64,000 nucleotides of DNA from Felis catus (lineage: Eukaryota): NCBI RefSeq assembly GCF_018350175.1, contig NC_058368.1, positions 109,184,001-109,248,000 of the forward strand, given 5' to 3'. A program made the translations under genes and the position numbers. Shown one piece after another: positions 25,341 through 36,500 of this stretch (its first letter is position 1; the number at the start of each line of letters is the position of its first letter). Below the pieces are notes generated by a model that was not told where the DNA came from, made no database searches, and worked only from the letters and a program-made list of their open reading frames with translations.

Positions 25341-28300
25341 CTTCTGGGTTCTCCAAGGGCCTCATCTTCAGGCATAGACAAGCCAGACGACAATCAGGAT
25401 GTGCCCACCCATGTTAGAGAGATCCTTTCTTCCCAGGTCCCCTCCCACTTGCTTGCTTCTCATTCAGCCCAGTCTGTCCTGGATTCCTCTTCTCTCATCC
25501 TCTGCTCCCAGTTTTAGGTAGAGAGGAGCTGGGCAGGAAGCACCAGCGAGTTTGGACACAGAGAGGGATATGAAGGTGGGTGCACCAGGGCTATGGGAAG
25601 CCCCAGGGGGCTGAGCACCTCCTACCCAGAGACCCTGCACTTCCCAAGAACTAGGGGCAGAGCCTAGCCCCTGAAGACTCAGACACTGAGGTCTAAGGGG
25701 CAGCTCTAGGGCTGGAGAGGTAGGTAGCCAAGTATCCCCCTCCCCCAGGTAATGATTCCTGTCTGCCTTTACTCATTCCCTTTCCCCTTTCCTTCTCTGA
25801 GACTCAGGCTGGAACCCTTGGGCCCCCCAGAAGGAGCATCTGTCCCTGAGCTTCTTGGTGAGTGCCTGGGGGTTCTGAGATCCTAGTAGGATGGCCTGTG
25901 GACAGTACAAGGAGAGAGGGGCTGGACAGGGCCTTTGGCCCTCCTAGGACAGTGACCACCTTGCCCCAGTTTGCCCAGGACTTAGTTGTAGCACTGAAAA
26001 TAACACATTATAGGAAACACCTCAGTCCTGAGCAAACTGGGACAGTTGGTTACCCTACCTCCAAGGCCCTTTGCACCTCCTAATCTACCATAGATTACCT
26101 CTGCAGCCTGGACAGCTGGCTCTTTGGACTCTTAGATCCCAACCTCTGCACAATATGTGGGCACAGAGAGACCTCTAAGCTGAGGAGGGGCCTCAAGCCA
26201 GTGCTGGGGAAGCATAGATTCCTACTTGCAGTGTGTCCTGGAAAGGTGCCACACATGGAAATTGTGCCTGTGTCTGCAGGGGACAGTGCTTCTAGCTACG
26301 TGCATGGGGGAGTGACCAATTCTGTTTGCACCCGAGTCTCTAAAAATGTAGTCGCCTGATTACCTAGGTGGTATGTTGCAGGTGGCTTGAAGAAATGTTT
26401 GTGTGCTCATCTGTACTTCTTATTCTGTAAAATTAAACCTTTCATTTGTGTACATTTTTAATAAAAGAAAGTAATGAATGACTCTGCCTTCACATCTCCA
26501 GCTGTCCTGCTGAGGCACATGGATGGGATATGGTGCATGTAGTGGGACACAGAGGCCCTTGCTCTGGAGCCTCTGGCCCTGGCCACTAGCTGGTCATGGC
26601 TCAGGGCTCTACTTCAGGGGTAGAGCCAGTTACCACTGTCCTCCCTGCCTCTCAGACTCTTCCCCTGTACCCCAGAGTCCAGCCTGGCTTGTCCTCCTGG
26701 GGAGGAGCCAGAGAAGCCAGGTGGGCAGTGGACAGAACAGGTAAGCAGATGCTGACCCAGGGTTTTGCAGGAGATGCTCTCAGGTGCCAATCCTGCCTGA
26801 GCACTGTGAGAATACAGAGGAAATAAGCTGTTTGCTCCTGGGGAGCTCCCAGTCTGGTTGGAGAGATTGGGTACTCCCCAGACCACAAGGGGAGTGGCAG
26901 ACAGGAAGGGGACAGGCACTGGATGGTGAGGCTGTGTTTGTGTGGGCCGTGAGATAAGGGAGAGCCCCAAGGTCCCCTTGTATGTGTCTTATTATGCCCA
27001 GAGACCAAAAATGGGGTCCTAATGAGTGGCCTGAGGCAGCCCCCACCCCCAGTTGGGGCAGATAGTCTCCTGAGCCAAGAACACTAGCGGCCCAGTTTAT
27101 AACAGAAGGGTGGTGATGAATGGTCACCAGCCTTGGAATGTTGGAGACCCCTTCAGGTCCTTCTCTCTGCCCCACCCTCGCACCCACCCACCTATATGGC
27201 AATGCCAGGCTCCCACATCTAGGAGCCCAGCCCTCACTCACCATGGCTCTCAGCATTCTGACATCCAGCACCTCTCCCCTTTCTGGCAAGCCCAGAAAGA
27301 GCACTTGGAGGGGAACCCTGGACCTCCAGCAGAGGCACTCATGCTTCACTTCCCAACAGCCCCCACCGAAGTCCACCATCACCCTACTGTGTCCAAAATG
27401 TCAGGATTTCTCAACTTGTTCTTAGTTTTAGGAAAATGATAGCTATTCTGGCCTAATGACTCCTTCCTATACTACCTCTGATCCCCAAATACCAACTCTG
27501 TATCCACACAACTTCCTCACTCCATGAAGTCAGCTTTCTCAGAAAAGCCAGGCACAAAATCCCCACCACCCGCACCCTGGGACTCCTATGTCCTTGGCTA
27601 CATACTTTATTCCCGAACTAAGATCCCAGGCATATCCCTTCACCTCTCTGAGCAGAGATGTGGCTGAGTGTTTTTAATTGCTGTGGAAGAACTCACTGCA
27701 CCTGCCCTAATTCTGGGCAGATTCATGATTGACAGTGTGAGTGAGAAGTGGTAGCCAACTGGACACTCCCACATCCACCTGACTGTTAGGGAAAAGGGAA
27801 GGGCAGAAACAGAGAAGCGAACCCAGGCCAGTGCAAGGCATTTGGCCAGAAATGGAAGTGAGGGCCCCATCTAGGCTGCCTCAGCTGGGACTGAAGGGCA
27901 GAGGAGGGCCCTTTCTGAAGGAAGCCTGCAAGTGAGTCTGAGGCCTCCCTGGTGTAGGGTAACAACCAGTCAGTTGCCTGGGGTGCTGGATTTTCTCAGG
28001 GACCAAGAAGCCAGGTTGGATTTAGGACAACCATAGAGTGGCTCCAGTCTGATGGCAGGAGGTTAGGATGTACCTGTGAGTGGTCCTGGCTTATACATTC
28101 ACCCAGAGTTCAGATTTCTGAGTACCCCAAGATCTAACAAAGGGTCTGGTTTAGAGCAGAACAGGAGAGTTCTGGTTGTCTTCCTCTGACAGGCACAGCT
28201 GCAATGTCCTCTTTGATCCCTAGAGCTGAGATAAGGCCTAGCAGGCCAGAGTCCCCTGCAGCTGGAAGCAGGTTCACAGACACACTGAAGTGGCTGCCCC

Positions 28301-30463
28301 CTGCCCCGAGGCCAAGTTACAGGCCTGTGTCCTAGTTCCCTGGGGCCCCACCCCTAGAAACTGCAGGTGGCCTCCAAGGCATAGGGGAAGCATCCCTCCC
28401 TTGAGGACAAAGTCAAACCCCATCCCACTGGGGCCTAGGGGCCTGTAGCAGCAAAGCCCTGCTGCCTAGTGAGAAGGGGAGCAGGGGAGCTGAAGGCAGG
28501 GGCCGGGTCCCAGGATCCAGAATGCCTTCCCTTGGTGTCCCCAAATGCTCTCTTGGCATGAAGTGCTAGTGTCCTGCCCCAAGCAAACTCTGCCAAACAT
28601 CCTTCCCAGGCCTCAGTTTCCTCCTCTGCCAACAGCCTGAAATTGTGGAACCTATCTGGGGTCCAGGCACAGACAGATGTGGGTTAGAATCCAGGCTTCA
28701 TACGTTTTAGTTGAGTCATCATGGGCAAGTGCCTTATACCAACTGAGCTTTAGTTACCTGGTCTGCAAACAAGATGCTGTGGTGTAGCACCAGTGTGATA
28801 GTGCTTGTGGGGAGCTTGGCACAGCACCTACTGGAAAGTGAACACCCAAGACCTTTGTTGTCATTACCTAGGCAGACTTTAAGGTCCTTCCCAGTTCCTC
28901 CCATTTCTGAGCTCATGGAACTGAAGGAAGGATGGCAGGCTGGATGTCTGCCTCTCCCCTGCACTCAATGCCTGCATTGCCTCTAGTATCTCCCCAGTTG
29001 AAATTAAACTCTTAGCATAGACTCCCTAGGCCTGCCTCTCCACTGAGCCTACGAAAGTGGAGGCTGCTTCTATAATTTCCTATCCCCAGAAAATCAGCAG
29101 AAATGGGTTTCTGGGGAGCAGCCTAGAGCTCGGAAAACTATATGGCCAGCCAGCTATACCCTGGTACTGCCTTAGACTCAGCCTCACAAGGGAACCTTGG
29201 CCAACAAACATCACTCTGCCCAGTAGGTTTAATCTTGGAAAAGGAAGTGCACCAGCCCCCTATTCTCCTGCACTTGTGCCCACTGGCACAAGTGGGGAAA
29301 GGTTAGTGCAGAGTTCCCATGAATTTCACACATCCTCACATTGGAAAGTTAGTTGTGCCCAAGTGAAGCAAGGGCATTACATCTGACAGAGACAAAGGCT
29401 TCCTGGGTGCTTCCACAGGGCTGCTGAGGAAACCTGTACCCTGCTAACAAGAGGACTTTTGGATCTGTGCAAATAATGTGAAATAAGACCAAACAGTCCC
29501 AGAAAATGACAGCCTGGGCATGACCCAACCCCACCAACCAGCGGGCATCACTCCCGGAGGAAAAGACTCCACCTTGAACCAGGCCCAAGGCTTTTCCTGG
29601 GACTTCATTTCTGTCTTTGGCAGTCCCTGTTCCAAGCTTCCAGAGATCTGAGTAAGTGCTTAGCTTGCACACAGCCCACTGACAGATGTTGAAAACTGAT
29701 ACATCAAGAAGGGATGGTTTGCATTTGTCTTCCCTGATTAGCATATTAGCCTCTCTCTTCCTATTGCCAAGTGAACTAAATGAATAAACCAGCCCAATTA
29801 AAGTGACCCCTTCGGAGTAAGGCAAGAAAATGCCTGTGACTAACCAGAAATGCCCTTGAATGTCCATAGACCTGGCAGTTCTAGCTGGTATGATCAAGCC
29901 CTGGTTTGCCACTTTACCCCAATGGAAAGTGGTCCTTAAGTACAATGTCATCACAACTCCAATAAAACAGATCTTCCAATGACCTCCTAGCTTCCTTAGC
30001 CAAGAGTTTCCACCATTAATGCTTAGACTGAAACTCTCAGGAATGAGCCACAAAAGCATGGCAGACCCTTAGAATAATCTTAGATTACTATGCCCAAATT
30101 TGGCCCAGATTATACTGATGTTGCTCCGTTCGGGCACTGGCTGGCTAATGAGTTGGTGTCAGCTGCCATCACAGTTACTGTTTCTCCTGTTGGGCAGGGG
30201 TGATGTCCGTGGTAGGGTGTGATGGAACAGCCTGGAAGGTCTGGCTCTATCCCACACCACTTCTCCAGGCCTGGTCCCCAGAACTCAGCTCCCTTGTGAT
30301 GGGGAGGGGGTAGAGTTTGGGGGTTCCTCCTTAGACATTTCAAGGAGTTGGTCCCAATTACTTAGGACTCCTGAGATAAGAAGAGCTAGAGGAGGTCAGG
30401 ACTCTGCCATGACTTTGGAGATTGGAAGCCAGTGGGTAGAACTCCTCTCCCATTTTGATAGCT

Positions 30464-30692
30464 TTTTTTTTTAATGTTTATTTATTTTTGAGAGAGAGAA
30501 AGACAGAGTACAAGTGGGGGAGGGGCAGAGAGAGGAAGACACGGAATCCGAAGCAGGCTCCAGGCTCTGAGCTGCCAGCACAGAACCTGATGCGGGGCTC
30601 GAACTCATGAACACAGAACCTGACACAGGGCTCGAAGATCATGACCTGAGCTGAAGTCGGATGCTTAACGACTGAGCCACCCAGATGCCCCC
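30464..30692 (-). mobile_element. Can-SINE with an internal duplication
   Basis: Reverse SINE flanked by CCCATTTTGATA direct repeats. Confidence 0.92.
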
Positions 30693-31969
30693 CATTTTGA
30701 TAACTTTTAAGTGATGGACTGACTTCACATATTAGAACTTGCAAGATTTCCACAGCCTGGGACTTCAACATACCCACTGCCTACTCTAAGTCAGAGATTA
30801 GGTTGAAGGATGAGAGGAGAGTAGAAAAGTCAGAAGCAGTCCCTGCTATTTGCTCTGGGTTGCATCTCTTCCCTCCCATTGCTCCTTAGTCCACTGTACC
30901 TGGCTTCACACTACACCAGACATCCTTAGCTAGAAGAGCCACCTGCTTGAAGACCTTGCCAAGGCCCCAGTTGGAAGCCACAGGCTAGCCACCTTAATCC
31001 ACTTCTCCTCAGTAAGCCCAACTCCTGGGCCTCAGAGGAGCTGGGAAAGGTCATGTCATCCATTCCTCTGTCCCCAGGTGAGGCTACCCTTGAAAAATCC
31101 AGGTGGATCTTCTAATGCACTGGGCTTGAGATTGGGGTCTCTCTAGACATCCACAAGCCAAAGGCCCACCGAGTAGGAGGCCACATGCTACTCACAGGGC
31201 ATGTCCAAGATCAGGCAACAATACTTCCTGAGCTTTGCAGAACATGTTAGACTGATCTTGGCCTATTTTCTAGTTTTTTCATCATTTTCTCACTCAGCTT
31301 TCCTCCTCTACCAAGGACCTGTCACACTCCTTCCAGAGGGCTGGTCCCAGGGAGGGGATCTAAATCCAAGCAATTTCTGGGACTAAGAGTATGGAGAAGT
31401 GTCCACAGGGCTTGGTTTCCCTGAGCAACGCCCTTACTGCCATGGCCTCACTCCCTAGATGTTGATAGTGGTACCAGCTAGTTTCCCTTGGCCAGCCTTA
31501 CTGCTAGGTACTGCTTATCCCCCAGGGCAGGGACTGGTTGGAGGGGGTGTGGTGATGAGAAAAGCCCAAATCCAGACCTTTCACCTTCAGACATTCCTTT
31601 GACTTGGGCCTTATTTGAAGGAGGCATTGCCATATGGCAGTAGTTCTCAACCCATGGTTTTCAGAAACATTGTTCTGACCATATATACTCCTTATAGAGA
31701 TTTTGTGTGCATAAGCTCAGCCAGAACCTTGAAGAGACATGGAGGAAGGAAAAGTGTTCCATGTAGTCATCCAAGCTCTTCCTAACACATTTGTGCATCG
31801 ACCTGTTTTACAATACACTGAACAGCTGGTATTCAGCACTGATAGTTACTGTTGGCCATCAAAATAGTAAAATACTCTTGAATTGGCAGGTAAGTGGCCC
31901 CAAGTCCATCCCTAGTGTCCTCCAGCCACTCCAACCTCTCCCTCTCAGATCTGCCCCCAATCCAGTATC

Positions 31970-32160
31970 TGTCTGTACTGTCCAATAAAGTAGCCACTAA
32001 CCACATGTGGCTACTTACATTTTAACTAATTCAAAATTCAGTTCCTTCATCGCACTGGCCACATTGCTCAACTGGCACATGTGACTTTGCCACTGCCTAC
32101 TATATCGGACAGTACAGGGAGAGAACATTTTCATCACTGCAGAAACTAGACAGGTAGTGC
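31970..32160. mobile_element. MER3-like hAT DNA transposon relic
   Basis: CTGTCCAATAAAGTAGCCACTAACCACATGTGGCTA...AAAATTCAGTTCCT...GAACATTTTCATCACTGCAGAAA. Confidence 0.7.
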
Positions 32161-32599
32161 CCAGTACAACAGGCCTTGGTATCCTGTTCTGGGCTGGGGT
32201 CTGTTGTGACTGTCCATGACTGTTCTATACCTACCAATTGTTAACTTTCTGAAGTAGCATCTGAGTACACTTGCATTTGAGTTTACCAGGACATATACTA
32301 TATGGCACACTACTCAGAACTCAAAACCTAACACTCCCCAGGCCTTCGAGCCCCAGTTCAACTCACTGCCCGGCAATAAAGCCGAGGGCAAGTGAATGTA
32401 TTTATATGAGCATGTCCCTTTGCCATGACTGTCCCCTCTTCCTGTCATCTTCTTTGTGAACATAACTGAAAGGATTTTGCATTGGTGTATGTCACTGCTC
32501 ACCCCTAAGTCAAGTTCAGGCAGGATGCCAAGAATGAGTCCATCACAATATCTCTACAAAAAGTAAAATGATTTGCAATTTATATCTAAATAAAAGGCC

Positions 32600-33474
32600 A
32601 CACCTCTTATAAACAATGAACTTTTTATAAAAAGACAAATGTACATATTTACATACATGTACATATGTGGTCACACATGACTTAGTGATTACAAGGCGTT
32701 TCCAATTTTAAAAATCACACCAAGATACTCACACTTCCCTCCCAGGGCCTGCTGAGGGCTGCTGGGGCCCGCCTGAGGGGGCAGGTGGGCACAGGGCAAG
32801 GCACTATATAAATAAACAAAGGCTGAGAGCTTGGGGGAAACGTTAGTGTACACCTCTGATCAGAAACGTGGCAAGGTCCACAAGAAAAAGTGCCAAGTTT
32901 TGTCCCAAGCCCCTCAGCCCGAGCAGGGTGTAGCTCCTCTGAGGCTGAGGGAGCACTGTCCTGCAGGGCCCCATTTTCCTTCACATTTCACTGGCTTTGG
33001 AACAGTCCCCAGGGCTCAGCTGGGAAGGGAGGGGGTTCTTTGGGAATAGGATTCACTTAGTGCAATTGTCTCTTAGTGCAGAGCCAGCCCTGGGATTGGT
33101 GCTGTGCTTTTCTGAGGTCGTTGGTCTGTTCCCTCGGGCCACCTCAGTGACAGCAGAACCTTCTCCAGGCAGCTAGGCTTAGGGGGAAAAGCTGGAGGCT
33201 GACTCCTAGCTGAGACCTCCACCTGACACATCAATCTCAGAACCCCATCTTCCCAGGAGACAGGGCCAGCTTTATCCCACAAGATGAGCCCAGATCCCGG
33301 CCTGCCAGACCCCAAGAGGCCACTGTCCCAAGGAGGGAGGCCCCATCCCTGCTCAGCAATGGGGTCATACTTTGCCATGTCAAGGAGCCCATAGGAGTCC
33401 TGTTTCTTTGCATCACAGCTACCATGATGACAGGTCCTGTTTGCTTAGGGGAGTAAGAGGGGACCGGGGCCCAG
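32600..33474 (-). other. IRF1: IRF1 3' UTR (3' end approximate)
   Basis: Follows the stop codon. AU-rich distal part with a UGUA cluster and TATAAA (plus strand tttata, 32624-32629). Several miRNA seed matches. Confidence 0.7.
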
Positions 33475-33587
33475 CTACGGTGCACAAGGAATGGCCTGGA
33501 TGGAGGGCAGCCTGACCGGGGGCAACAGGCTGTCCAGCCAGCTGTTGTCCATGTTCTTCAGATCTGAAGCTATCAGCCCGATAAACC
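33475..33587 (-). CDS. IRF1: IRF1 exon 10, coding part with TAG stop
   Basis: tag/[38 protein letters not shown], stop TAG at 33477-33475. Confidence 0.97.
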
Positions 33588-36500
33588 CTAGAAGATGTGA
33601 AGAAAGTTGTATGAGGATGGAGGGTGAGTGCAGTGTTCTCCTCCCACCCCCCAGCCCTATCCCCATAGGCCCAGACACAGCAGCCTCTACTGTCCACCCA
33701 CAGCAACAGGGCCCCCCCTCATCTTTAAGCAAACTGCGTGCATGGGAACAACAGCCAACTCACAAGCTGTCTGTACCAAGAAGAGTTTAAGAAAGGTGCT
33801 CTGCCTCTGCTGCTCCCCAGCCCAGCCCTCCAGCCCTCTCCCACCCCCTGCATGGTTCTCCCTTCTCTGAGAAATCTAATGGATCCAGAGACTTCTTACC
33901 CCCAGGGCGGTCAACTTCTGGCTCCTCCTTGCAGCTGAAATCTCCATAGAAAGACGGGGGCTGGGCCCCGGGTTCATTGAGCAGGTACCCCTTCCCATCC
34001 ACATTTGTCGGCTGCCATCCCGTCTGCTCCAAGAGCTGGGGACAAAGGAGCAAAATGCCATTGGCTTACTTCCAGGGCAGGCTCATTCTGTGGCCCTGCC
34101 TTCAGAGAGCTGAAGCTTCCCTGCCAGGATCATACCCTTGGCCATTTTCACATTCTCAGATGGATGCAGATGTGGAATGAAGACAGGACAGGGACCTGGG
34201 AGGTGAGGGTCTGCCCTGGACTCACACTCCCACATCTACCCTCTGGCACAGAATCTCTAAGACTTTCCCTCTCAACTGGGTAAGGACATACCAACTGAGA
34301 ATGTGGCTTAAAGCAATGATTAGCATAGTGATTCAAGAAAAAGAGGTCTAGAAAAGCTAGAGATAGAGCTATGGCTATGTCTCAGGTTGTCTATGCTGAT
34401 GAAACAAAGCCTGGGTACACTACTGCAAAACTTTTTATATTCACTTTTAAAATTGAAGCAGGGGGGAAAAAACCTGCTTAAATAATGTGCTTTAAAAAAA
34501 AAGAAAAAGGAAAAACCCCATCAAATTACAGATCCCAAAGGGTGATTATTAAAACCTGATGTGCATTTCCCTAACTAACAGGGCAGCAGGCCTGGGGCAT
34601 GCTGGGGCAGAAGACACAGGCCAGGGTCCCAGTGCTGATGACAGCTGACTCAGAGCTGTTTGAGGCTCTAAAGCCTGCTCCAGTACAACCTGTCAGAAAT
34701 CAGGCCTCCCTCCCATCCTCACTTCCACAGTGTCTTTCCCACCAGCCCAGGAGGCCAGTGGTCCCTAGCCACATAGATGTGGCACCTGTAGGACTATGGA
34801 GGCAACCAGGTCACAGTAGCAGCTGCCTACCCTCCCGATTTGTGAGCTCTAAGTGGTTTTCTCTCTCCTCAGAAGCAGCCACTTCAAAAGAGTGTCCAGG
34901 GTGGAATGGGCCTTACCTTCATGATGTCCTCAGTTAATTTCCCTTCCTCGTCCTCATCTGTTGTGGCTGTGGATGGGGAAGAGCAGAGAGGTTGGCTGGC
35001 AGTCAGCCAGGCTTTCCCCAGCAATTCCAGCACTGCCAGATCCCCCTGCCCCTTCACATGTCCCCACACACTAACCTCCCAGCAGACATCTGCCTGCCAT
35101 GGAGATTCCAGAACAGGTCATTGTCCTAGTGACTCAGCCTCCCAAAGCCTGAAGCCACACCTCTTCCCACCCCCTTGCTTCCTTCCTCACCCTCAGAGAC
35201 TGGGCTGCAGAAGAGCCAGGAAAACTAGCAATGTTAGACCAAAATGCAGCCCCCGGCCCCCATTCCCTCTTTCTCTAGCACAGCACAGGCAACTCAATGC
35301 CAGGTGGAGTTCTGAGCATCTTCCTGCCCTCAGGACATCCTTCCCAGGACCCAAACAGTCAGGCAAGCAGGCCCCAGAAGCACAAACCTTCAGAGGTGGA
35401 GGGCATAGGTGACACCTGGAAGTTGTACAGGTCACTGGTGCTGTCTGGCACAATATCCACTGGGATGTGCCATTCAGGGAGAGTGCTACTAACGGTACAC
35501 GGTGACAGGGCTGAAGGACAGCAGAAACCACACGTTAGAACTGTGTGCTCTCTTAGTTTGCAAGATACCCAGCACCCCCAACCCTGCAGCCTGCTCCAAT
35601 AGGCCACCATCCACAAGCACAATGCATCCTACAGCCAAGAGAAGGAGCCATCCCAATGACCTGTTTGGTCCCCTGCCAGACTGGGCCCACCTCACCTGGA
35701 GTAAGGGCCCGCTCAACCTCTAAGTCCTGCCCAATGTAGCCCTGAGCTGTGTAGCTGCTGTGGTCATCAGGCAGGGTCGAGCTGCTGAGTCCATCAGAGA
35801 AGGTATCAGGACTGGAGTCACCACATGACTGCAACAGGAGAAAGAAGCTTAGGCCCAAGCTTGCTATGGCACTTCTTCCATTGTCCACTCTGAATCCCGA
35901 GTGACCAAAGACTAGCAGCTTAGGACCACACTCACCTTCCTCTTGGCCTTGGTCTTAGCATCTCGGCTGGACTTGGACTTTCTCTCTGTGAGGCAGATAG
36001 GCTGTCAGTCTTGGTATAGGCATACCAGCCCCAGTTGCCCCTCTTCCTCCCTCCCACCCTCCCTGAGAGATTTCTGATGACCCAAAGCCCTCAGATACCT
36101 TTCCTCTGGTTCTTGGTGAGGGGTGGGAGCATCCGGTACACCCGCACAGCTGAGCTGCCTTTGTTCCTGCTCTGGTCCTTCACTTCCTCAATGTCTGGCA
36201 GGGAGTTCATGGCACAGCGAAAGTTAGCCTTCCATGTCTTGGGATCCGGCTCCTTTTCCCCTGCTTTGTATCGGCCTAGTGGGCACAAGAGTGAAGAGGA
36301 CTGTCAGGGCCATACGTGGGGATCCTCAGCCGACCCCTGGCCTGGAAGGAGGAAGGAGACAGTACCCCTAAGCTCTCATGCTGCCAGAGATCCAAACTGG
36401 CCAAATAGCAGGTATTCCTGGGTGACCCTCTGCAGGCCCTGGGGGCTCTCAAATGCCCAGGCTTGGCTTAAACACATCCCACAAGTCCTTCCTGAAGGAC

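Noticed and set aside
26780..27382. 200-aa minus-strand ORF
   Set aside because: Non-ATG start, low-information composition, no homology recognisable by eye
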